The translations under genes were made by a program, and so were the position numbers. A model generated the notes under the pieces. It searched no databases and was not told the DNA's origin. It saw only the letters and a program-made list of their open reading frames with translations. Positions 1 to 12,193 of a stretch of DNA of 64,000 bases are shown here, in pieces. The DNA comes from Octopus sinensis (taxonomy: Eukaryota). The number at the start of each line of letters is the position of its first letter. The stretch's first letter is position 1. Location: assembly GCF_006345805.1 (NCBI RefSeq), contig NC_043006.1:7688001-7752000 (forward strand). The letters run 5' to 3'.

Positions 1-775
1 ACATTTTTTTACTTTTGCATCCGTAATTTTAGAAGACAATTTTCCTTTGTGAGAATCTTTTTTAAGTGATTTAGGCTGTTTGTAGCTTTTAATGATTTGT
101 TATGTTTAGAATTTCCTTTAATTTTGGGTTTTTATGAAGTATTGGTAAATTCTGGGTGATGATGGTGAAGGCTTCTTTGTTTCTGGGGTTGTATGTAGGT
201 ATGTAAGGTAGTATTTTCGGGGAAGGTGTGTTGTTGTGTTGAACTTTTCTTAAAGTTTCTATGTTGATTTCTGTTGCACGTCTGATCCCATCCTCTATGA
301 GTTGAGCTGGGTAATGTCTGTCAATTAGGGTGTTTTTGAGTTCTTGCAGTCTAAAGTTCCTGGTATTTTGTTCTGACACTATTGTGCATATCCTTCTTGC
401 AAGGTTGAAGGGGATATTTGTTTTAGTGTGTCTTGGGTGGCATGAATTAAAAAGAAGGTATTGTTTGGCGTCTGTGGCTTTGTAAAAAATGTCTGTTTCT
501 ATTTTAAGGTTAATTTTTTTAATTAGTATATCCAAGAACGGGAGCTCCTTTTGGTTGTATTCCATTGTGAACTGTATATTTGGGTTTATGCTGTTCAATA
601 GGTTTTTAAATTTTAGGAGTTTATCTATGTTTTCATTCCAGAGAATGAAACAATCGTCTAGGAATCGTTTCCAATTCTCTTTTATGTATTGAGAGAGGGA
701 GTTTCCAAAGATTGATAGAGATTCCTGGTAAATGATTATAACAACGATAATTCCATGCAATATAAACATAACGTC
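1..775 (-). mobile_element. Penelope-like element, 5'-truncated RT fragment (runs off the window's left edge)
   Basis: ORF 89-769(-) has the RT YxDD-like motif FLDDCFILW, LPFLDILI and the PLE thumb motif QYLLFNSCHPRHTKTNIPFNLARRICTIVS. Confidence 0.9.
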
Positions 776-992
776 ACAAGAAATTTGAAAAGCTACACGC
801 GAAACCGGTAATTTCTTTAAAAATTTTTTAAATTATGTCATTTTAAGGAAAGGAAAAAAATTTTTCCAATATTCTCCAGACATTTTTACACAAATATATA
901 TATTTTTTAACATTTAAGCCTTCTGTCGTTTTTTCACACTTTACTATTTTCTTATATATTCACCCACGTGCTTTACCAAACAAACTTTCTTA
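776..992 (+). mobile_element. Inverted PLE terminal-repeat (pLTR) cap containing an HHR and ending in (TA)n
   Basis: Abuts the RT truncation point in the opposite orientation, carries an HHR at 780-815 and ends at the (TA)n array. Confidence 0.65.
780..815 (+). ncRNA. Minimal type-I hammerhead ribozyme, U3-A8 core variant
   Basis: GAAAT TTGAAAA GC-TACAC-GC GAAAC CG GTA ATTTC: 5-bp stem I, palindromic ACCGGT stem III, GUA triplet. Confidence 0.6.
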
Positions 993-1125
<133 letters not shown>

Positions 1126-1616
1126 CAGGTACCAAATATAATTGACGAGGCCTAGAAGTATTCACTTAAGATCCGACTATTTCTCATATTTGCAAAGACT
1201 CATAATCTCCAACTTTCATCATGAGTATAGTAAATTAGCAAAATTGAACTACGATGCTCCACCTTCTCCTATACGCATTTTATCATCTCTGGCGTCAATG
1301 CGACCTCATATATTATTTCAAAATATATTTGAAGTCAATGAAGAATACATTTTTATTTTATTTTATTTTGGTAACATAGAAATAACACGTTTAATAATTA
1401 TTTCTTCATAACATTTCACTTGCAATGTACTCACGCTTCGTATGTCTTAATATTTATCTAGTTACATACATCTCTTCCTCGCCTAAGCGACTGCTTGCAT
1501 AAATATATATATTTGCTTATACACGTGTGTGTGTGCGTGTGTCTGTGTGTCTGTGTATGTATGCATGTGCATATGCGTCTGTGTGCCGGTCGTTGCACAG
1601 GTTTCTTTTTATAAAA

Positions 1617-1841
1617 GGCGGCGAGCTGGCAGAGTGGTTAGCGCGCCGTGCGAAATGCTTAGCCGTATTTTGTCTGTCGTTACGTTCTGAGTTCAAATTC
1701 CGCCGAGGTAGACTTAGCCTTTCATTCTTTCGGAGTCGATAAATAAAGTACCAGTTTCGCACTGCGGTCGCTGAAATCGACTTAATCCGTCTGTTATCTT
1801 TGTTTGTCCTCTCTGTGTTTAGCCCCTTGTGGGCAGTAAAG

Positions 1842-1843
<2 letters not shown>
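1617..1843 (+). mobile_element. tRNA-derived SINE, family D (GGCGGCGAGCTGGCAGA head)
   Basis: A-box/B-box-like head (GTTCAAATTCC); multiple homologous copies in the window. Confidence 0.85.
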
Positions 1844-1909
<66 letters not shown>

Positions 1910-1957
1910 CACAGAGACAGAGAGAGAGAGAGAGATAAAATAACCACCTATGTTACA

Positions 1958-2175
1958 TACTCTTTTACTCTTTTACTCTTTTACTTGTTTCTGTCATTTG
2001 ACTGCGGCCATGCTGGAGCACCGCCTTTAGTCGAGCACCTCGACCCCGGGATTTATTCTTTGTAAGCCCAGTATTTATTCTATCGGTCAACCGCTAGTTG
2101 ACGGGGACATAAACACACAAGCATCGGTTGTCAAGCAATGCTAGGGGGACAAACACAGACACACAAACACACACA

Positions 2176-2244
<69 letters not shown>

Positions 2245-2406
2245 GACGAGCTTCTTTCAGTTTCCGGCTACCAAATCCACTCACAAGGCTTTAGTCGACC
2301 CGAGGCTATAGTAGAAGACACTTGCCCAAGATGCCACGCAGTGGGACTGAACTCGGAACCATGTGGTTGGTAAGCAAGCTACTTACCACACAGCCACTCC
2401 AGCGCC
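1958..2406 (-). mobile_element. tRNA-derived SINE, family A (internal CA/TA microsatellite, GGCGGTGCTCCAGCATGGCC tail)
   Basis: More than 12 homologous copies in the window; tRNA-like head GGTTCCGAGTTCAGTCCC; (AAAAGAGT)n tail. Confidence 0.9.
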
Positions 2407-2412
2407 ATATAT

Positions 2413-2474
<62 letters not shown>

Positions 2475-2560
2475 ATATATACATATACAATTATATATAT
2501 ATATACACAATTATATAGTATCATTGACATAGTCTAATATATATTACATATGAATATGAT

Positions 2561-2779
2561 GGCATGATTTTTTGCTAATAAGTTTGCTTCCCAACCAGGT
2601 TCAGTGTCACTACGGAGAGCCTTTGGCAATTGTTTTCTACTACGGCCTCGGGTCAACCAAAGCTTTCTAGGCAGATTTGGCAGACGGAAACAGAAAGTAG
2701 CCCGTCGTATACTTATGTGTGCGTGCGTATTTGTGTGTATGTGTGCGTGTATATGTGTCTGTGTGCGTGCGTGGATATG

Positions 2780-2833
<54 letters not shown>

Positions 2834-3073
2834 GTGTGTGTGTGTGTGTGTATGTGCGTGTGTGCGTCTTCGTGTCTATGTTTGTTCGCCGTCGCTGCTT
2901 GAACTCTGGTGTTGTGTTTACGTCCCTGAAACTTTTTGACATACCAAAACAGACTCTAATAGAATAAATCTCAGGCTTTGCAAACTAAGTACTGGGGTTG
3001 ATTCATTCAAAGAACAATGCTTCAAGGTGGTGCCCTGGTATGGCAGCAGTCCAATGACTGAAACAAGTAAAAT
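2561..3073 (+). mobile_element. Diverged SINE family A copy
   Basis: Homology to 1958-2406 in the opposite orientation. Confidence 0.75.
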
Positions 3074-3397
3074 ACAAACGATATATAAGAGGATGTATAT
3101 ATGTATGCATATACATATTTTTATATGTGTGTGAGCATTGAGACATATATAGTCAAGCCAAGCGAAAACGAGTATATTTGAAAACTCACGTGCCAATGCA
3201 CATATGCACCATAACTATCTGTGTAGGGTCTCACCCGCAATAGATCGATGCAACATGGGTGGGCGAAGCGATTGCACTGATTAATAGATTAAAGCATCTC
3301 GTGAATTATAAATATATATATATATTTATATATAGTTAATCCAAACAAGAAAACACAATAAATATATCTACATGTATGTATATATATTTATATATTC

Positions 3398-3451
<54 letters not shown>

Positions 3452-3477
3452 CATACATATATATACATATATATATC

Positions 3478-3534
<57 letters not shown>

Positions 3535-3612
3535 TATTATATATATATATATATACTAAGCAATTAAGGGTTTAGCAACGAATTGCCTCACACCGATATA
3601 TATATATATATA

Positions 3613-3643
<31 letters not shown>

Positions 3644-4821
3644 GTATTTATATATTTATATATAATATATTATAAAATAATATTATCTATATATATATAT
3701 ATATATACATACATACATATATATATATATATACAGGCACTTTTTACCATAGAATGTCTTATATCATTTTTTTTATTCCATGTCTTCCCCGACAGATAGG
3801 TCTCTTATTCAGAACAGGTTTGTGCAATTTTTCGCCAAAAATCTTCGTTGAGGATTTGTTTTCCTTTTAAAACTTATTTCTTTGTCTATTCGACCGTTTC
3901 ACATGACTTTATTCATTAAAACTTCAGAGGTTCTTACAAGTTTGGTCGTCGTAATGTTTTGTTTTGCTTTGTTTTTTTTTAACAAAAATTCCTTCTCTTA
4001 ATGATTTTGCTTTCAATTTATGATAGAAAGCTATCATGCCTGCTTCTAAATCCTGTTTTCTAGTTAGGTAACATTGATTAAACTTTAAACCTCAGTCAAA
4101 TTTTTCTGCAGCGTTTCTGGGACAAATAAATAGCAAAATCGGACTTTACGTCGAAAGTCATTACAATATATCAAATTGAAAATTTTGACCTAAACTTCAA
4201 GTCTCATAATATGCGACAGCAACAGGGAAGACCATACAAAAGTAGAGACAGGCAGTTAGAGGACGTCACACACACACACACACATTTACAAACGTACACA
4301 CACAGGTAATCACGGGTTTAAAATGATGTATAGTAGACATATATATGTATGTATATATATATATGTATGAGTCTGTATGTGTGTCTGTGTGTGAGTGTTT
4401 CTTTGCGATGGACAGCAGAAAAGCCATCTACCGACTCTCTCCTTAAAACTACATATTCCTCACACACCCCTTTTCTCTGTGTGTGTGTGTGTTGTATCTA
4501 TGTATTTACGAATGTACGTATGCAGCGTCGTGTGTGTATGACAGCTATAGCAACGTTAACATCCCATTGCCACCGCTGTTGTCGCCTTCACTGATTGAAG
4601 TCACCTCCTCTCTTTTACTACATTTCCGTCAGGCTAATACCTTTTACAACCTCTCATTTTATCATAGAATTTGCCCAGCGCCCATGGAGGGCCATTATAG
4701 ATTTTTATTGAAATTATGGAAATCATGTTAGCCTACTATTGAACTGGGTGTTAGTGTAACATGTATGCAAAGCTTCATGAATGGTGATTTGCTGGTGACG
4801 CACTAAGATGGTAACAGTCAG

Positions 4822-4855
<34 letters not shown>

Positions 4856-4924
4856 GTAGCAGAGACACCCGGCTTTGTTCGGGATTAAAATGGTATAGAT
4901 TATATATATATACTTTATTTAAAG

Positions 4925-5244
4925 ACTCCGCCGGTTACGACGACGAGGGTCCCAGCTGATACGATCAACGGAACAGCTTGCTCGTGAAATTAACGTGCAA
5001 ATGGCTGAGCATTCCACAGACACGTGTACCCTTAACGTACTTCTCGGGGATAATCAGCGTGACACAGAGAGTGACAAGGCTGACCCTTTGAAATACAAGT
5101 ACAACTCATTTTTGCCAGCTGAGTGGACTGGAGCAACGTGAAATAAAGTGTCTTGCTCAAGGACACAACGCGTCGCCGGGAATCGAACTCACAACCTTAC
5201 GATCATGAGCCGAATGCCCTAACCACTAAGCCACGCGCACTCAC
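4925..5244 (-). mobile_element. tRNA-derived SINE (C-type head/core plus B-type tail) with 15-bp TSD
   Basis: TSD ATACTTTATTTAAAG at 4910-4924 and 5245-5259; tRNA head GTGGTTAGG...GTTCGATTCCC. Confidence 0.9.
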
Positions 5245-5279
5245 ATACTTTATTTAAAGCAGCAGAAAATTCAACAAAA

Positions 5280-5328
<49 letters not shown>

Positions 5329-5864
5329 CAGTGGAGTAAATGATAGTGTAAGGTGACTAAGTGGCATGTAATACGTCCGTTTGGAGGATTCCTTGCCCTA
5401 ACCTATCATGCAAAATTGGGAGTTAGGGGTGTGTAATTGTTGAACCCACCGAAAAACTGTAAGCGGATATACACGCCTTTGAAGCGGCCAGCGCTGCATC
5501 TAACACGAACCCCTCGTATGGTTGATAGTCAATTGATTGAAGGTGTTCAAGAACTCAGGAAAACTCTTAGCTTCACTTTAACATTTAAATTTTAATTTGC
5601 GTCACATTTTACATCAGGGAGAAAGTGCTGGGCCTCATAGGGCAGGGATAAGAGAGTGCACAGTGTAGGAATGGAAGAACGGGTGCATGTTGTGGGCCTG
5701 AGAGAAGGAGTGCACAATGTAAAACAGACCTAGTGTGCTGTGAATTATATCATTAGTCCTTAACTGAGGTTATATTAGATGGCACTTTCCATCTGTACTG
5801 TACTCCTCTAACTATCAACCACATTCTCAGATGTACGGAGAAATCCGTACATCTGAGAGAACCC

Positions 5865-6267
5865 TCTTTTACACTTTTACTAGTTTCATTTATTTGACTG
5901 CGGCCATGCTGGAGCACAGCATTTAGTCGAGCAAGTCGACCCCGGGACTTTATTCTTTGTAAGCCCAGTACTTATTCTATCGGCCTCTTATGCCGAACCG
6001 CTAAGTGACGGAACGTAAACACAACAGCATCGGTTGTCAAGCAATGCTAGGGGGACAACCACAGACACACAAACACACACACGTATATACATATATACAT
6101 ATATACGACAGGCTTCTTTCAGTTTCCGTCAACCAAATCCACTCACAAGGCTTTGGTCGGCCTGAGGCTATAGTAGAAGACACTTGCCCAAGGTGCCATG
6201 CAGTGGGATTGGACCCGGAACCATGTGGTTGGTTAGCGAGCTACTTACCTCACAGCCACTCCTGCGC
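5865..6267 (-). mobile_element. SINE family A
   Basis: Full-length homology to the other family A copies. Confidence 0.9.
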
Positions 6268-8604
6268 TTTAATAAAACCAAAATACGATTGAATTTCTTT
6301 CCTTGCCAAACTCAGATTAAAATAATAACATTCATTAAGCTAATGTTTTCATGTTTTCTCTTCCTCATCACACATCATTTATTATTCATTATTATTATTA
6401 TTTAAATAGTTTCCGTCGCTGCCTTATGTTGAATAACACTAACTTAACTGTAGCAATTTGTGCTGATGTAGTCATCGTCTACTTTCTCTCTGTCATAGTT
6501 TCTCGCGATACGCTTGAAGATAATTGTGATTCAATACTTATCTTATTGCTAGTTTCGTAAAGTCACAGGAGGTTATGATTTACTGAGCTGATATAAACTG
6601 TCTGAACGTTATCATCCGTATTTTCCAACATTAGCCTAAAAGATATTGGTTATTCAATTTTCTACTTCATGCGTCCACACTACATTAAGTAGGGTGTCAC
6701 TAACTTCCTTCTTTGTTTCATTCTCACCATGCCGTCTACGTCGATCTGTTTTCCAATGATTTCAGTAGCATATCAGGTATTTCTCCGGGAGGTGTTCTGT
6801 GGGAAGAGATTATGTCCCTACGTCACTTTTTTGCAATGAAATTTAACCAAATGCAACGAAGAGCAAGGAGAGTGTCAATCATTGTACCTACCGAGTACCT
6901 TATTTATTCATCCTGCACATATGGAAAGCAGTTTTTCCGTTGGCAAAATTTGACCTCAGAACTAAGGAAGTTGAGACAAATATCACAAATTATTCTGTCT
7001 CAGTCAAGAAGAAAAAATCCCAGAATTGAAGGTCATGCTTTCTACATCCTCACATTCTTTTATTTGGTTTTTAATGTGAACAGATTTACTTTAGATTTAG
7101 TTATGTAATGCACGATAGGATTCATATTGCTGAAGCCTAACCTGGTTTACACAACGTGTAATTAAGTGAGAATACAATACTTTCCATTGAAGAGGATGCT
7201 GATACGTCGCAGGGTTAACTTCCCGCCTACTATCGGAACTCATTTTCATCTGTGTGAACTGAAGTAACGTAAAACGAAACGTTTCGCTAAAGTATCCACG
7301 CATCTCCACATAACGTGTGGAAGCCCGTGGCCAAGAGAATAATGTGAATAATTTTATTAGATCTACTTTTAAAGTAATGTGTACGTATATTTAGCGTATA
7401 GTAAGGTGACGAGTTGGCAGAGCCGTTGGAGCGCCGGGAAAAGAACTCGTTGCGTTATTTCTTGCGACTCCTCACATTCTAATTTCAAATCTTATCCAGA
7501 TCGACTTTAACGTTCATCCTTCGAAAATACTGATGAATGTCTGCAAAAAGACAGGAAAACCGTTTAGGTCGTGCCAAGTGTTTACTTAACAAGGCAAAAA
7601 CTTCTTTACGAATATAACATGCTTTGGTGATGAGAAAAATTTCGAAAAAGGCCAGAATTCTAACATGAATGATTATGTGCAGTTCCTTCTGATGGCCTTT
7701 GAGTAATGCACACTAAATTACCCGCAACTGTAATGGTTTTAGAACTTCAAGTTCCACATCGAAAATCGAAGTAGAAGGCGGTTTCCTAAAATAATGTTTA
7801 TCGAGAACATTTTGCAGAATTAAAAAAAAATAGATTTGGTCTTTTCAAGAGAATATTTCTTTTATTAACTTATGAAATATATACTAAAATACATTTTGGT
7901 CCTTGTCGTATTTCTCGGTTGTGAGATCTCAATAGACATAGAATCAATGTCGCAACATTTCTAGACCAAATTTGTTTTACAGAGTATTTATACTAAACCT
8001 GATGAAGCAATTCGTGTAACTGGCTCCAATCTACAACGCCTTTCTAACCGTTAATCGCATCATCAGTACGGCATATGCGAGCATGTAAAAATCCTTTCCC
8101 AGTTTTACATTCCGAATTATTAACAATTATGTATAGCTTCTTTTCGTTGAAAATTTAATTTGTGATTAAACTAGAAAGACATTTTTTAAAAATCTTAATG
8201 AAGCGAATTCTTATTTTCTTAAAAAAATTATTTTTCATTTCATTTTATGGTCTTAGTTGTTCTCTTCTTATCATAATTCTCTCATAAATTTCTCTTTCTT
8301 TGAAATAAACAGAGTCTACGTAAATTGTCGTTCTCGACTGACGATTGTATCATTCGCAGAAAGCTTTTCAACTTTCCATTATCAAATATATTGATTTTTT
8401 CAGTGATGATTGTATCTACCCAGGTGAAATGCGTATCTGCTTTCAAAGATGAGAATGAATTTTCCCATCTTTCCTTCCTATTCTTCATCTTTTAAAGCTT
8501 CCAGAACGTCACGTTCAAATTTACTGTCTATGTCTGCATATATGTATATGCATTTGCTAGTGTTTTATTTCCGATTGACATCTCTATCTGCAAATGTATG
8601 TATG

Positions 8605-8912
8605 GTGGAGGCACATGGCATAGTGGTTAGAACAGCGGACGCGGTCGAGGGATCGCGGGTTTGAATCTCAGACCGGACGATGTGTGTGTTTATGAGCGAA
8701 GCACCTAAGCTCCACGCGGCTCCGGGAGTAGGTAATAGCGAAACCTCTGCTGACTCTTTCGCCACAACTTTCTCACAATCTTTCCTCCTGCATCTTGCAG
8801 CTCACCTGCGATGGGCCGGCGTCCCGTCCAGGTGGGGAACCTATACGCCAAGAAACCGGGAAACCGTCCCTTATGAGCCAGGCAGGGCTCGAGAAGAAAC
8901 AAAAACAAACAA
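8605..8912 (+). mobile_element. tRNA-derived SINE (B-type head plus C-type tail)
   Basis: Head matches 50235; tail (GAAACCGGGAAACC) matches 10537. Confidence 0.85.
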
Positions 8913-10114
8913 TGTGTGTATGCATATTTGCATAAATATATGCACGTCGTTGTATAAATACACCTATGTATATGTATGCGTATATACTTAAGTGTATGTA
9001 TGCACATTAACACAAATGTATATTTCTGAGTGTTTGTGTGCCTCCATTTGTACACAAGCACATGTGTGCATCAACCATGCCCTGAAAATCCATAGACGCA
9101 TATTTTAATGTGAATATTCTCAGTGTACAAGGGTTACCAGCTTAGAAGTATGTTGCCGTTCTTAGTTCAAACCTCGCTCATGCTGATTATCTTTCCTTTC
9201 ATCTAATCTATAGAATAGATTTCAATGTACTGCAATAAAAAAGAGTTTAGTTTCAATGTTCCCGAGTCCCTTCATGGTCCAAGGGAAATCTCTCATTACA
9301 TCAACATAGGAAATTCAAAATTAGTGAGCTAAGCGGCTGTTTTTCATTAAAAATACTTTAAATAACATTACAGGGATATTCAATTTCTGCGGAATCTTTT
9401 TTTTTTTTTTACATAAATACTTCAAAAGAAAGGAAAAAAAAAACTAGTAGTGTTTTCAATCATAAACCTGTCTGGTTTAAGTATCCAGATCACAAGGGAT
9501 ACATATGTTTGCATACTGTAATCATATACCATCCATTTCTGCACCAATGTAAAGTGGGTATTTTAACATACCTGCCTAATTAGCCAATGCAACACATATG
9601 AGTACATATAGTGTTGTCAAGAATTCCAATAGCATTAACACACCTCATAACATTTATTGGTGTTTTCATTTAATCAGTGGCTTCCTGTGGTGAATTTGTG
9701 CATATTTCCGTTTCTTATACAAAATATGACACATTATTGGATCTAGGTAGAAGTCGGCTATGACACATTAAATACAATTACCTAACTAGACACTCATAGT
9801 TATAAGAGACGAGATTGTTATTGAACCTTTTTATTTTAAGCTTAAATGATTCGTAGACGCCTTTAACGTTCATTACATTTATTTAAGCTCTGAGTCTCCG
9901 CATTTTATACTTGTTCATACTTTCACTCATACGCTTTCATTCCTAGCGCGTTATGTACCGTATCGACAGATTAATTTATACTTCGTAAGGATTATAGTAA
10001 TCCCTCGACTATCGTGGGTGTTACGTTCCAAACTCATCTGCGATAGGCGAAAATCCACGAGTTAGAAACAGTACTGTATATATTTTCTTATCATTTTTAT
10101 AAGCTGTATATATA

Positions 10115-10253
10115 AGGTTGTCCCAAAAGTTCGTAGAAAGTCTTGGAAAATAATGGTCTTTATTTTGAGGAATAATTTTTGTTGTTTTTGTTAGTACTTG
10201 GCGAGTAAAAATTCAATTTTCGCAAAGGTTTACGAACTTTTGGGACAACCTAA
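10115..10253. mobile_element. Mariner-type MITE
   Basis: 21-bp perfect TIR AGGTTGTCCCAAAAGTTCGTA (10117-10137 / 10231-10251) with TA on both sides. Confidence 0.9.
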
Positions 10254-10536
10254 TATCTATTTTATCATAAATGTAAAGCAACACCACACACTCGCCTTCC
10301 GAGTTTCGTTTCCCATACAGTATGTGTGCTTCTTTGATTACTCATCTACGGTACACTACGTATTTTCTTTTCATATATTTTAATTAATATGTTATACTGC
10401 GCAGTACTGTATTTTTATTTATTAATTTATTAATCTTTATGCGTAAAAATGCTTATTTTACCACATAAATAATTAAAAAAATCTAAAGAAATATAAGTAC
10501 CTATCGGCCACAGAAACCCGTGATATACTGAAGTAT

Positions 10537-10798
10537 AAATAAAAATTAAATGCGCCCTTCTAAAGCGTAGCCAGGCTCATGGGCTCGGTTTCCCGGTTTC
10601 TATGGCGTATGTGTTCCCCAGCTGAACAGGACGCCAGTCCATCGCAGTATTACTCATTTTTACCAGCTGAGTGGACAGGAGCAACGTGAAATGAAGTGTT
10701 TTGCTCAAGAACACAACACATCGCCCGTTCCAGGAATCTAAACCACAATCTTACGATCTAATTGCTGACACCCTAACCACTAAGATACGCGCCTCCAC
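10537..10798 (-). mobile_element. tRNA-derived SINE family C with 12-bp TSD
   Basis: TSD ATACTGAAGTAT at 10525-10536 and 10799-10810. Confidence 0.9.
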
Positions 10799-11109
10799 AT
10801 ACTGAAGTATGCGAGATATAAATTTACGTATATCAGCCAGAAAAATCTGCGATGTACTGGGGGCGCGATAGGTGAAGCGCATATTGCGAGTGATTATTTT
10901 ATCATGTTTAGGACACCCCGTTTAATATGCTTGATATACATTTCCATAAATTCATGAATACATACAAAAATATAAACAGAAACACGTACATGAGTGTGCG
11001 TACAAGGATTTCTTGATAGTGTGTATGTATTTCTTTGTCTTCCTTTAATGTAACTACGCTGTCGACGTTAAGAAATATCACGCAGACGGTGATACATGTC
11101 AAGAAGGGG

Positions 11110-11740
11110 ATTCATATCTATTTGAACATGTGACTGGCAAATAAAGCAGTGGTTGCTGTAAATCAGATTCCTGGAAGTGCAATTAAAGGAGTGAAGACGA
11201 TGGTGTTAGAGAGGAAAATACAGGTACAGCGTGGCCAACAGCAATGGAAGTGACAAGATTGAGTTCCGGGAGTATTGGGGGAGGGGGCGTAGAAGGAATG
11301 GAGAAGCAAGTTGGTGAAGACGCGGAAGGTGATGGATTCGGATAAGAGTTCGCTGAGAGAGCGTAAAATTGTACATTGAAGGAGTAGGATGTAGGAACGG
11401 TAGGTAAGTGGAAAGGGGGCGGGTAAGTGAGGGATGGATGCGGTGAGAGAGTTTGATCAACTGGCCAAGTGCGGGTGAGGGCAGCTTAGATGATAGTAAG
11501 GTACCACCCTTAGGTGAAGGGGAGGGCTATGAGTTGAGACTGTTTCGATGGCATGGTCGTCAATAGAGAACCGACGGAGACGGAACTGGGAGTAGGAAAC
11601 TGATCGTTTGATGTGTGTAAGATGAGAAAGAGTGAGAGATAAATAGACTTATCTTGTCTCAGTAAACACGAAGAGGAGTTCAAGGCGTCGGTGATTGTGC
11701 TAATAAAGAGGGGCAGTAATATATCTTACCAAGAAATGAT
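11110..11740 (-). mobile_element. Degenerate PLE remnant (RT thumb/linker), a different family from 1-775
   Basis: Minus-strand translation gives SHLTHIKRSVSYSQFRLRR, resembling the PLE S.HP...K.SI..SQ.LRLRR motif; many frameshifts. Confidence 0.6.
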
Positions 11741-11815
11741 TTACATGTTCATTCAGTTCTCCCTCTTGACGTCGTTGCCTTAAAGAAGAAGATTAATTAT
11801 AGATCGACAACAGAT

Positions 11816-12193
11816 GGATGGATGGAAGCACTCCGTCGGTTACGACGACGAGGGTTCCGGTTGATCCGATCAACGGAACAGCCTGCTCGTGAAATTAACG
11901 TGTAAGTGGCTGAGCACTGCACAGACACGTGTACCCTTAACGTAGTTCTCGGGGATAATCAGCGTGACACAGAGAGTGACAAGGCCGGCCCTTTTGAAAT
12001 ACAGGTACAACAGAAACAGGAAGTAAGAGTGTGGTGAAAGAGTACAGCAGGATCACCACCATCCCTGCCGGAGCCTCGTGGAGCTTTAGGTGTTTTCGCT
12101 CAATAAACACTCACAACGCCCGGTCTGGGAATCGAAACCACGGTCCTACGACCGCGAGTCCGCTGCCCGAACCACTGGCCATTGCGCCTCCAC
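11816..12193 (-). mobile_element. tRNA-derived SINE family B with 11-bp TSD
   Basis: TSD CGACAACAGAT at 11805-11815 and 12194-12204; near-identical to 50235-50616. Confidence 0.92.

Noticed and set aside
3885-3930. Minus-strand CTGAAGT...GAAACGGTC
   Set aside because: A9 is lost and there is no stem I or stem II pairing.
6730-6800. Possible minus-strand exon (TTCCCACAG acceptor, ATG/GTGAGA donor)
   Set aside because: All three frames contain stop codons, and no neighbouring exons were found.
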